A DNA stretch of 64,000 bases, taken from NCBI RefSeq assembly GCF_002105155.1, contig NW_019028980.1, positions 1,674,001 through 1,738,000 of the forward strand. The letters run 5' to 3'. Shown piece after piece: positions 36,495 to 48,660 of this stretch (positions within the stretch are counted from its first letter, which is position 1; each line of letters begins with the position of its first letter). The stretch is from Lobosporangium transversale. Taxonomy: Eukaryota. The position numbers and the translations under genes are program-made. A model generated the notes under the pieces. The model was not told the origin of the DNA, did not search any database, and saw only the letters and a list, made by a program, of their open reading frames with translations.

Positions 36495-39400
36495 CTATTT
36501 CTCTAAAGATACAACACGGATACAACGAGCACAAAGCGTATCCTCTGTTGTAGATGTATAGGTCCAGCAGCGTGGACACTTGTGCAGTACGGCCTTGCGC
36601 ACTACAAGACGACATGATCCAGTGTTGGCTAGAACTACGTTTCTAGCAAAGGATTTTTCGTCGACATGAGTTGTTGCTGTCGCAAAAACGGGAGTCGTAG
36701 TTGTCTCATCACATGCACTTTCATTACCACTAAAAATGGTAACACCCGATGTGATGAAGATCCTTGCCAAATCGGCTGCATATGTTTTGACTATATGACC
36801 TAGTACATCTTCTTGCTGTTGCTGCGATTGTTCTTGCTGTTGCTCTTGCTGCTCCGCCTTAGTATCCTCTGCAGCAGGCAACCAAATCTCAACGATGGCC
36901 TCCAATGAAGGCCCGATCATTCTAGCAACTCGAGCCCGCTCAAGCAACCGATTGACCTCAACACGAAGCTGTTTCACCACCCGGAACTCTTCACGAAGTG
37001 TAGTATTGCTCCATGATTCTGGAGCTTCTAACCAGCCAACACGGAACACACTAGGTTGAGGATTGGTAAAACAACCACGATAATGCTCATAGACTTCTTC
37101 AGCAAAATAGGGTGCTAGTGGAGCAATGCTTTTTATGAAAGCAGTCAAGGTCTTTTTTTTAAAAAAAAAAAAAAAAAAAAAAACTGATTGAGTATTTCAG
37201 TTCATTACAGCCACAAGAAACAAAAACTATTTGAAAACGGCAGTAGGCTAAGAACTTACATGGAAGAGCACTGTCTGAACTGCACGGCGCTTCAAACTGT
37301 TTTCCGCCTCTGAGTACAAAGTATCTTTGACGATGTCCAAATAAAAAGATGAAAGGATTGTGCTACTAAAGTATTGCAGCTGACCATACACTACAAGGTC
37401 AATTAACAAAATAAAAACTACATGTCAGGCCCTGCGAACTACTCAATACATTGTAATTTTATTTTTATAAAAAAAAATAAAATAAAATAAATAAAAACTC
37501 TCTCTCTCTCTCTCTCTCTGCTTCTCTTACCTTTGTTGAACATGTACTCATCATAACCAGCATTAACGTTCTTACAGAAATGATAGACCTCCGAAAGCAT
37601 GAACTTGTCAAGACGACTCAGATCCTCATAGCCTACAGCCTCCGATTCGTTGAAACCATTAAGGTTCCCAAGCATAAACCGAGCTGTGGACCGGAACTTG
37701 CGCACAGCTCCAGCAACTTGGTTCAAAATGGATTTTCCTATGGCGATATCCCTTGTATATTCAGATGAGGCTGCCCACAAGCGCAGTAGATCTGTTCCAT
37801 AGGCTGGATCCTTCTCCAGATCCTTGCCACCCTTAATAATCATGGCTGGATCCACTGTATTTCCAAGAGACTTTCCTTGCTTTACACCATTCTCATCCAG
37901 CAAAAATCCGTGTGTGATCAGAGTTCCATAAGGGGCCTTGCCTGTCAATGCCACTGAGGTCAAAAGAGATGATTGGAACCATCCATGGTGCTGATCAGTG
38001 CCTTCACAGTACACATCCGCCACAAAAGGAAGATGTTGACGTGACGCCATTTCCTCAATCATGGTCCAGCTCGTACCACTGTCGAACCAGACATCCATGG
38101 TATCATTCCCTCGACAATACTTCTTTCCATTGTTCCTGTACTCGGGTGCAAGCAACTCTTCAGTGGTCATATTCCACCAAGCATCTGTCCCATGTTCCTT
38201 GACAATATCGATCACATGCTGTACTGATACCCTCGTCAACAAAGGCACATCTGTCTCGTCCTCATAAAACACTGGAATAGGAACACCCCAAGAACGCTGA
38301 CGAGAGATGCACCAATCCGAGCGGGAGCGCACAAAGCCCTCGAGGCGACGCCTTGCTCTCTCTGGTATAATATGAACGCTCTTGATCGCCCTCAGTGCAT
38401 CCTCCTTGAATGAACTAACATTAACAAACCACTGAGAGGCAGCACGAAGGATAACTGGCTTATTGGTGCGCCAATCATACGGATATTTGTGTACGTAAGC
38501 TTGCTCATAGATTAATCTGCCTTTAGCCATTAGGAGCTTCAAAACTTTAGTAGTCCCCTCCGTCTGAACATCAAGCCCCTCCAGTTCTGGACCCGCCTCT
38601 GCAGTAAATTTCCCTACGTTGTTAACAGGAGAAAAAGGTTCGATCCCTAAAGGAAAGCAGGCTCTATAATCATCCATGCTATGACCCGGTGCAACATGGA
38701 CTAGACCGGATCCAGTGTCAGATGCAACATAGTTTGCAGCAATAAAAGATAATGTTTCATTTGTCAGAGGGTGATGATATCGAGTCCCAACGAGTTCCTC
38801 GCCATTGACTTGACCGAGACACTCCAGATTATTACTATTGCTGTTGTTATTATTATTAACATCGCCGTCCTTGGAAGCAAAACATTTCTCCATTTCCTCC
38901 ATGCGATCAGTGGCGGCCAGGTAGACGAGATTATCATTAGCATTGGATGATTTGTTGTTCCTGAACACTGTGTACTTTGCTTTGGGATGAACAGCAATAC
39001 ATCTGTTGGCCACCAATGTCCAGGGGGCTATTGTCCATACTACAGCCTGTAATGACGTTGATAATGGTAATGTAACTGCGAGTGCTGGAGCTATAAAGGA
39101 GTCCCAAAGTCAAGGAATGAGCACATAATTTTTTGAGGAAAAAAAAAAAAGAAAAATCATTGCATGAATTTGTCAAAGATATTCGTCATATATATATAAA
39201 AAAAGAAAAAGAAAAAAAGAATCTTCTTTTCTTACAAGGCTGAACGATATGGAAAGCAACCCAAACAGATTGACTTTGATGATTCTCCTTAATAATGAGT
39301 TCCAATTCAGCGAGCGCAGTTTTGGTAGAAGGTGCCCAATAGACAGGTTTGTAAGCACGATAAATAAGACCCTTCTTCATCATCTCCAAGAAAACAGTGA

Positions 39401-39687
39401 GTTGACGAGCCTCATAATCCTTGTCCATAGTCTTGTAACCATTCTCCCAATCGCCTATTACTGCATAGGTTGCGAACTCAGTTTGTTGTTCATTCACTGC
39501 ATATTGAGCTGTTGCTTGAGCCGCCTTACGAATCTGATTAGGACTCAGGTTGGATAGGTTTTTGACTTTGAGTCCTGCCAAAGCCTTTAATTCAATAGGT
39601 AATCCATGACAATCCCAACCAGGGCGGAAGCTAGGAAAGGAATAAATAAAATAAAATAAAAAAGACAACTGTTAGTCATGTCCATAA

Positions 39688-39725
<38 letters not shown>

Positions 39726-40049
39726 CACTTACTCGACTTTAATCCCCTTCATGACTCGCTGACGATTAATAAAATCTTTAATCATTTTGTTGAGAGCATG
39801 GCCAAGGTGAGGACGACCATTAGCATAAGGGGGACCATCATGGAGGACGAACAAGTCTCCACTCGAGTTATTATGTTCACGTTGCCAAGAATAGAGATCG
39901 GTTGTGCATCGTTGGCGGAACAAATGCTCACGAAGAGCAGGATCAGCCCGAAGAGGGAAGTTTGTTACGGGCAACAATAATGTGGAGACATATCTCTGAT
40001 CAGATTTTTTTTCCTTCTTGATGATCTTGTTCTTCTTGGGGATAGACAT
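36495..40049 (-). CDS. Mitochondrial/bacterial-type isoleucyl-tRNA synthetase, divergent (5 exons, ~1019 aa)
   Basis: Exons 40049-39733, 39630-39236, 39090-37531, 37390-37260 and 37151-36495 total 3060 nt in frame. Motifs LHDGPPYANGRPHLGH, GWDCHGLPIE, DWCISRQRSWGVPIP, DVWFDSG and a C-terminal KCPRCW...LCARC Zn finger. Confidence 0.9.
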
Positions 40050-40080
40050 TGTGAAATATTAAAAGAAAAAAGATAAGAAG

Positions 40081-40116
<36 letters not shown>

Positions 40117-41667
40117 GAAATGTCTTTTGAATAACAATCTTTTTATACGATAGCAATCGTAGAGATCGCCTTTTTTTTTTTTCTTCTTTATATATAAGAG
40201 TGAGAGTGTGTGTGTGTATGTGTATGTTGATAATGTTGGTATGTTGGCTTGTTGGCTTGTTGGTATGTCGGTCTGTGTTTCAGTGGGTTGAAAACAGAAA
40301 TGCAAAGTTTGCGCTCAAGTTCATTTATTTGGCTCACAACTCTTTTTTTGTAATGTCGTCAATATGATTTAATTTTTGTGATGACTGTGCATTGATCCTT
40401 TAGCATATGGGGTACACGTACTTTATTTTTTATTTTTATTTTTTACTCCCCCTCCCCCAACTGGGGGAGATTGGCTACCATGAAGGTGCTACTGGAGCAA
40501 TGTCTGGTTACTCTTCAGGAGAAACTTGTCTTCCTGTATCTAAAATCCACTCCCTTTCTCCTGCTGCTTCTTGATCTAAGAGACAGATCTTGTCTTAAGA
40601 TTTAAATCTTCTCTGCCAGTCTAAACCATTCTGTGTTAGCCTCATCATGATCCCTGCATCCAAGCATACCACGCATAACCTTGTGAGCTAGTGTAACCTT
40701 CCATCCACAATATATAAATATATATACAGTATATCGTTGTGTTGGAATCCCGTAAGCTTTATTGGTCGTAAAAAAAACCAATGGTCCTACACCAATTTCC
40801 TTTTTGATTTAACCCTTACCCAATTATGAGTTTTCTTCATAATTGACCAAAAGCCAAACCAAATACCGTTTCAGTACAAAGTCCCGAGTGATCTTTCAAT
40901 CAATTACAGTCCAACATGATTTTTATGAACAAATTCATAATGAAAAGTGTTCATAAAAATGAATGAATTTGATCTTCACAAAAGGTGTGAAAATTAAGGC
41001 ACACATGACACAAAAAAGTTTATGCTAATATATCTTCCGTCCTGGTCAAGCATTCGTATGCATTATCCCTCTTGAAAGAGAGAGCAAAGGAAGAGCAGTC
41101 TTCATTTTTTTTTAATTCGTGCTTTACCTCACCCGAGAATGACTGGCGTCTTTTGTAAGCATTCTTTTTGTTCATGATGTTAACTGCTGAATGAAGAACG
41201 AAAGACGTTTTTCTTTTATAATGTGCGTCAATACATGAGCGTTTTAAATACATTTTTTGTGAAGGTCAATTCATAAAAACACTTCTACATCCCAAATCGC
41301 TTCCTCTATAATACAAATCTTTTTTCTATTTTTTTTTATTTTTGAAAGACATACTCTTGGCCTAAAGCCTCCATGCTTTTTTGCGAAATGGATCCTCTCT
41401 TGCCTATTTCTCCCTTCAGTCATACTTTCCGCACACACTCTCTTACAAAGGCCTGTCTAACCTGCCTCATCAAACGGGAAGAGATGTGGAAATGACTCTT
41501 TCGTGTGTTTTATGCCAAGCATTAGTTGTGAATAATCTGAAACTCTATTTTTTTTTTTTTTTTTTTGCATCTTCATTAAAAAAAACGGCCTCAAGCAAGC
41601 TCAGGCCTCTTCGCACTACAGCTGTTTATTCGTCCGTTAGCTGTGCTTACTTTTTCTTGTATTTTGC

Positions 41668-41746
41668 TAGGCTCGTAACCAGCCTGAGAAAAAAATATTC
41701 GTCGTCACAACGTCGGCGGCTTTGCCTCAGGCTGGTTACGAGCCTA
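41668..41746. mobile_element. 79-bp non-autonomous AcademH-type element (MITE)
   Basis: 21-bp TIRs TAGGCTCGTAACCAGCCTGAG / CTCAGGCTGGTTACGAGCCTA, one mismatch from the autonomous element ends. Perfect 9-bp TSD GTATTTTGC at 41659-41667 and 41747-41755. Confidence 0.92.
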
Positions 41747-42075
41747 GTATTTTGCTTTTTGATTTTTGCTTGGTTATATACGAGATACAGGGGAGAGAAG
41801 AAAGTGGAGCGAAGGGGAAGAATGAGTACGCCACTGTTTTTTCTAATAAATGCTTTGCCACAACCTTCAATCCTCCCATCACCTTGTCACCTCCTCATAC
41901 AATCTCACGATTCATTCCCAAAGGGTCTGGTAGAGAAAACCTTCTGGAATTTCACCTCGTATGATGCAAGGGAGAAGAAAGAAAGAAATCAACTGTAGCA
42001 GATTTGAATGAAATAACCATCCTTATTCCCTGTCAAAATAGGTAACAACAATCACCGCAAAAGCCCCAAACAGAG

Positions 42076-43080
42076 ATGGATGCTCTATTCGGAAACCAAG
42101 ATCGTGCAGCTTCTTCAACAGAAGCTGAGCATCATTCTGAGGTTATTCCAAGTTACGAAACTGCGATTTCGACAAGACCAACTGCTGACCAGCTTGCAGA
42201 GCTAATGGAGATGTCGCTTGGTGGAGAGGCTCAGACAGGAGATAACACTGCTGGGAGCGGTTTAGCCTACATGAATCCCAAGGACGAAGGATGTTCACCA
42301 GATTATTCGAAGGCGTTTGACTGGTATCTCAAGGCAGCCAACCAAGGAAACGCCATTGCTCAGAATAATATAGGTTACATGTACTATGATGGTATAGGAA
42401 CTACACAGAGCTATGATAAAGCCTTCGTCTGGTACCAGAAGGCGGCCGGAAATAATAATGTTGGCGCTCAGAGTATGCTAGGCTACATGTACTACCATGG
42501 CATAGGAACTGGTGCGAACAGTCGACAAGCCTTTTATTGGTATTCCGAGGCAGCTAAACAAGGGAATCCTACCGCTCAAAATAATCTAGGCTACATGTAC
42601 TCTCATGGCCAAGGGACTGTACAGGACTATTATAAAGCTGCCGAGTGGTATAGAAAAGCAGCCGACCAAGGGGATGTCACTGGTCAGAGCAACTTGGGTT
42701 ACTTGTACCTTGAGGGCAAAGGGGTTATAAAGGATTTCTCGGGAGCCCTCAAGTGGCTCCCCAAGGCAGCCGAACAAGGAAATGTCGCTGCCCAGATCAA
42801 TCTAGGATACATGTACGAACATGGTAAAGGAACTCCACAGGACTATTTAAAAGCAATCGAGTGGTATCGAAAGGCAGCCGACCAAGGAAATGCCATCGCT
42901 CAGACTAACCTGGGCAATTTATACTATCAGGGCAAAGGAGGTCCAAAGGATTATTCGAAAGCTTTTGCTTGGTATCTCAAGGCAGCAAATCAAGGAAATG
43001 CTGATGCTCAGCTTGCCCTTGGTTCTATGTATCGAGATGGGAAGGGTATCCCTAAAGATCATGATAAAGCAAACCAATAA
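42076..43080 (+). CDS. SEL1-repeat protein lacking the N-terminal domain
   Basis: 334-aa ORF with IPSYETAIS and about 7 SEL1 repeats. An upstream remnant (I)PKGSGRENLLEFHLV at about 41914-41961 shows a lost start codon and a deleted N-terminal domain. It may be a pseudogene. Confidence 0.7.
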   Translation: MDALFGNQDRAASSTEAEHHSEVIPSYETAISTRPTADQLAELMEMSLGGEAQTGDNTAGSGLAYMNPKDEGCSPDYSKAFDWYLKAANQGNAIAQNNIGYMYYDGIGTTQSYDKAFVWYQKAAGNNNVGAQSMLGYMYYHGIGTGANSRQAFYWYSEAAKQGNPTAQNNLGYMYSHGQGTVQDYYKAAEWYRKAADQGDVTGQSNLGYLYLEGKGVIKDFSGALKWLPKAAEQGNVAAQINLGYMYEHGKGTPQDYLKAIEWYRKAADQGNAIAQTNLGNLYYQGKGGPKDYSKAFAWYLKAANQGNADAQLALGSMYRDGKGIPKDHDKANQ

Positions 43081-44099
43081 TGCCTATGCCATGCAAAAGA
43101 TGAGCCTATCCGAGTGCTCAGTGTTCTTTTCTGTTTTTTTTTTTTTTTTTTTTTTTTTAATCTAAAATGCTGCTCAGTACGACACTTTTATATATATGTA
43201 TATATATATATTAAATGATAATGACGATTATTGATATTCAATATCGTTCACTTGTCTTGATGATCAATAATGATCATAAAAATCCATCCAGGTCAGGTTA
43301 TTTTTTCCCTGCCATCCTGTCATTTCTGCACGATTTGGATATATACGTATATGATCTACAAACATTCATTGTTAGGGTGATAAAATAATAATAATAATAA
43401 TAAAAGTAAATAATTGTGCGTAGACTGTGACAACGGCATTGCTTCTTGAGTATTAGTTACATTTCAACGAATTGAGCGCTAGATTACAAATAAGGAGTCA
43501 TCTGGAAGAACTGTTGGTAACTGTTTTAGGCTAGAGATTCCCTTTCTTCATTCTCTTCAAGGTAAAAAATAAAAGCGGTATTTTAGTGAACCAGCTCCCT
43601 CCTTAGTGTAGAAGCCGGCGCTGTATGCTTAATACATATTGCCGTCAATGAATGTCGCATGATCGTTTGACTGCAAGGGCTTGGGCGAGCAATTAAGAAG
43701 AGGATAAAATATAACGAAGTTGCCGGTTGCTGTAGAAAAAAAAAAAAAAAAAAAAAGTGAACCTCCCGTCGTGTGTCAACACCAGAATTACGGCTCAACG
43801 CTTTTTTTATCTATGGCTTTAATGGTCCTTTCAAACACAGGACATTAACTCCGTGAATATTTTGTTCTTTCGGTTCGGTGAATGTTAACTTATCGTTTTA
43901 CTGTTGCGATAATGTACTCATAATTGCATGCCTCAGGTGCCCTCAAGCTCCTCTAAGGCCAGTTTTTAGTTGAGAGGATGCCAAGACCGCATACCTCCAT
44001 CGTTTTTAGGACTACATGTGCTGTGTACGGTGCATCGGATGGCTGTATAGGCTAATAAGTGTATTAAAACCTTCGTGCTTGTATTTCGTGGCTCCACTT

Positions 44100-45240
44100 T
44101 CCATTTGGTCTTTTTTTTGCATCTGCAGAACCTCATTCCCTAGATACAGGACCTAGCCGTGGATAAAATGCCAATATGGAGTGCTGGAGTCGGCCACTTC
44201 TTCAATAAAAACCCCTTTAACGATATATTATTCGTTTACCTAATTTAAGCCATACTTTCTGAACCTTGCGATGGTGATGATGGCACATGGTTGCCCAAGG
44301 ATCATAATCAGTAGGAATCACCCGTTCGACTTATAGCCTTGGTCATTCCAGGTAAAGGAATGGCTTCCTATTCAGATGATGCCCGACACCCCAAAGCCTA
44401 TAGCTGCCTTTCAGCTCCTTCTTCCCTATTGGATCGCATAGGCACGCCAATCTGTTTTACTATGACGCCTTCGCCTCCAGAAAACAGAACTCGGGCCTTT
44501 AGTTCAACAGTACCTGCGGGCCCTAGTGGTTGCTTCTGTACATTCCAAGTCATTTTTTATAAGCTCTACTATGACCATGATTCCAAGTATAACCTTGCAA
44601 GCCAGTATTACTTACTTATAGATCCAGCGCACCATGATAAGAGTTTGAAACCATTTGGTCATGATGACAGACTTTCCATGGCCCTCTGTCAAAGCTTCCT
44701 GTCATTTCGGCCATGGCTTCGTTGAGTGGTCTCCCCTACATCCGCTTCCTTAGCATTGCTCGCTGTATTATAATGGCTGGTGGTGAGCTAAAACTGCACG
44801 GCATGGTAACTTTTAGCGGTAACTATCAAGATTATACCTTCGAAGATATCGCATCTCTGGTATAAACTTGTGGATGACCTGAAGCGGTGAGACCTTATTT
44901 GTTTCTCCTCTTATCCCTTCATGTCTAAAAAACGTCGATTCATGTTCTCCAAGCTCGCCAAGACCCTTTTTTCACCACAGTTGTTTATTCGTCCATTAGC
45001 TGCGGTTGCTTGCTTGCTTGCTTTGTGCTTGCTTTCTTTGTGCTTGCTTGCTTTGTGCTTGCTTTGTTTGCTTAGTTTTCTTGATTTGTCTCGGAATAGC
45101 GCATACGAGGGAAAAGGGGAGAGAGACGAAATGAAGTCCGAAGGACTCGACCATACTTTCCAATAAATGAGCTTTGCTAAGACCACAGCTCTCCCTCTTC
45201 TTTCTTCTGCTGTCGACATATTCCATACAATACCGCAAAC
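44100..45240. repeat. Diverged duplicated upstream block, paralogous to ~47530-48660
   Basis: Shared strings such as GGTCTCCCCTACATCCGCTTCCTTAGCATTGCTCGCTGTATTATAATGGCT and CTTCTTCCCTATTGG(A/G)TCGCATA. Boundaries approximate. Confidence 0.75.
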
Positions 45241-45241
45241 C

Positions 45242-46498
45242 ATGCCCAAGGAACCTGGTAAGGAAAAAGCTTCAGGCGCTTTGCTTCGTAAGATCCAAGG
45301 AAGAAGAAAGGAATACCTTGGTTACAGCGAATTTGCATGAATTAACGCCCTTAGTTCTGCCCAAATAGACAATAACAATGATCACAAAAGCCTCAAGACA
45401 GAGACAGATTCTCTATCTGGAAACCAAGGTGGAGTAGCTTCTTCAACAGTAGCTGAACTTCATTATGAGATTGTTCCAAGCTATGAATCTGCAATTTCGA
45501 CAAGACCAACTGCTGAGGTGCTTGCAGAGCTGATGGAGATGTCGCTTGGTGGACAACCTCGGCCAGGAGGCACCACTGCTCAGGGCAACCAGGGTCACGT
45601 TAACCCTGAGGCCAAAAGATGCTCACCCGACTATTCGAAGGCCTTCGACTGGTACCGCAAGGCAGCCGAGCAAGGAAATGCTGCAGCTCAACGCAATATG
45701 GGCTGTATGTATTACCATGGCGTAGGAGCACGGCAGAGCTATCCGGATGCTATATTCTGGTTTACCAAGGCAGCCGACCAAGGAAACGCTGATGCTCAGA
45801 GCATTCTAGGCTACATGTACTATCATAAGAAAGGATTTGTATGGAGAACCTCTTATAGAGGCTGCTGGGAGCTCGTAGTAAAAAGTCAATTTATGACAAT
45901 TGGAAGCCCTCCTGATGAAGAAAAGACGATAGAGCGCTACCAGGATGCCCACGAATGGTATCTCAAAGCAGCCGCCCAGGGAAACACCTTCGCTCAGAAT
46001 AACATAGGCTACATGTACTCTCATGGTAAAGGGACCTCACAAAATTATTTGAAAGCTATCGAATGGTACCTTAAGGCAGCCAACAAAGGAGATACTACCG
46101 CTCAGAGCAACTTAGGTTTCATGTATCTTGAGGGCAAAGGGGTTTCAAGAGATTACTTGAAAGCCATCGAGTGGTTTCTCAAGGCAGCCAACCAAGGAAA
46201 TGCTGGTGCTCAGACTAACTTAGGCTATATGCACGAACATGGTAAAGGGACTTCACGGGACTATTCAAGAGCTATTGAGTGGTATCTCAAGGCAGCCAAC
46301 CAAGGGAATGCCGTTGCTCAGACTAATCTAGGCAGCATGTACTATCATGGCAAAGGAGTTTCGCAGAACTATTCGAAAGCTTTTGATTGGTACCTTAAAG
46401 CGGCTAACCAAGGGTATTCTGATGCTCAGCTAGCAGTTGGCTCTATGTACCAATATGGGCAGGGTATCCCCGAAGAGCATGAAAAAGCAAAGCAATGA
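45242..46498 (+). CDS. SEL1-repeat protein lacking the N-terminal domain, with a ~30-aa insertion in one repeat
   Basis: ATG 45242 and a possible 111-nt GT-AG intron at 45258-45368 that would skip an in-frame TGA. Contains VPSYESAIS and about 7 SEL1 repeats. It is a pseudogene if that intron is not spliced. Confidence 0.6.
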
Positions 46499-48660
46499 GA
46501 TGATGCCGACGCCAAGCTAAAGTTGGAGCAGCTCAAGTGCCCATGGCCTTTAACTCTTTTTTTAATCTAAAACACTACTTTTTATGATATTTATTTTGAT
46601 ATTCAATATCGTTCACTTGCCTTGATGATCAAAATAATGAACATTGCAAGTATAAAACCATTAAGCCAGGCAAATAGCATCTCTTTTTCTTCTTTATCCT
46701 CTCTGCTATCTCTCTCTTCCTACCCTATCTGGATTAACGGGCATAGGATTGGATTGATGTATGTGTTTTGTTAGTTTTTTATTTGTACGATAAGGAAAAA
46801 AAAAAAAAAAAAAAAAAAGACATTAGTCGAATCGGTTTTTATAGGCGTTTTCAAGCAAAACGCTTACAAAATTTTCCTAATTACTCCCCCTCGAGAGATG
46901 TGTTCTAAGAGTCCGATCTCACTTCTTGTACCTCTTGTCGAAAAAGTGGCAGACTCGCTTCAATTTATTATTTTTTAGTGATTCTTTTGAAAACGCAACT
47001 CTTTTTCCCCCAAAAGAATATCCTCATACCAGACCATTTGGCCCGAGAGCACCACTTCCTTCTTTACACGAACCCTCTCTCTCAAACCTAATAACGGGAC
47101 ATAATGGCCAAACATCTTAATCTCCTCTGTATCATAATGGAGTCTCAGCTTTGTCTTCGAAATGAACAGTGCCCATGCTAATATAATAATTAGAATATTA
47201 GACAGCCTCGAAGTCACAGCACTCCAGCTCATTTCCACTATGCCAATTATATGTGACTCCATTAATTGGCCTTTAGAAGCACCATAAAATTCTTTGTAGG
47301 CATTTTGCTTGAAAAATCACCTATAAAAGCCAGGTTCGACTGGTCTTTGTGTAGGATGGCTGTATAGGCTTATAGATGTATTAAAGCCTCTCTATCTGGC
47401 ACCTGATGATCAACGTATTGTCCTGATTTCTTTTTAATGTAATTTTTTTTGTTCTAATTTTTTTTTTTTTTTTTTTTGCAAAACGCGTACCAAGGTATCA
47501 TTGTGTCTGCTTCGCCTCCCTCATAACGAGTTTGGCGAAAAGGCCGTTCCCTAGGTACTGGGTCTTATTATGGATGATATGCCAATAGAGCCTATCATCA
47601 CAGGTGCCAAAGTCGACCACATCTTCAGTAAAAACTCCTTGGGCAGTATGTTCTTCATTTACCTATTTTGAACCATGTATCCGACATACTATCTAAACCT
47701 TGTGACAGTGATGACGATGGCACACGACTGTCCAAAGAGCAAAATTGATAGGGGTTATCCATCCAACTTTTAACCTTGGATATCCTGGGCTTCCTATTCA
47801 GGTGATGTCCAACGCCCCAAATCTTATAACAGCTACCTTTCAGCACCTTCTTCCCTATTGGGTCGCATAAGCGCGCCAATCTGCTTTACTACTCCTTAGC
47901 CTCCAGAGGGCAGTACTTGAACCTTTGGTTCAACAGTGCCTGCAAACCCTAGATAGCTTCTTCTGTACGTTCCAAGTCACCTTTTGTAAGCTTTGGTGTG
48001 GCCCATGGCTCCAAATATAGTCTTGTAAGTCAGTATTACCTATAGGTCCAGCGCGCCACGATAAGAGTTTGAAATCATTTGATCATAGCCAGCAGAAGGA
48101 ACTGAGACGAGAGGCTTTTCTTGGCCTTCTGTCAAATCTTCCTGTTGTTTTGCCCATGGCTTCGTTGAACGGTCTCCCCTACATCCGCTTCCTTAGCATT
48201 GCTCGCTGTATTATAATGGCTAGTGGTGAGCCAAAGCTGCGTGGCACGGTAACTTTTAGCAGTAATTATCAATTTTATACGCTCGGAGATGTCGCATCTC
48301 TGACATTACTTGTGGATGACCTGAAGCGGAAAGGCCTTATTTGTTTTCCCTCTTTTCCCTTCGCCACTAAGGAGTGGCAGTTCATATTCTTCAAACTCGC
48401 CGAGGCCTCTCTTTCCACCACAGCTGTTTATTCGTCCATTAGCTGCGATTACTTGCTTGCTTGTTTGCTTGCTTTGTTTGCTTTGTTTGCTTTGTTTCTG
48501 GATTTGTCTCGTAATAGTACGAACGAGGGAAAAGGGGGGAGGGGCGGAATGAAGACCGAAGGACTAGACCACACTTCCCAATAAATGAGCTTTGCCAAGG
48601 CCTCAGCTTCTCCTCTTCTTCCTCCTGCTGTCGACATATTCTCATGCAAAACCTCAACTC

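Noticed and set aside
40915..40965. AT-rich hairpin ATTTTTATGAAC...GTTCATAAAAAT
   Set aside because: Short, low-complexity, and without a TSD or other support.
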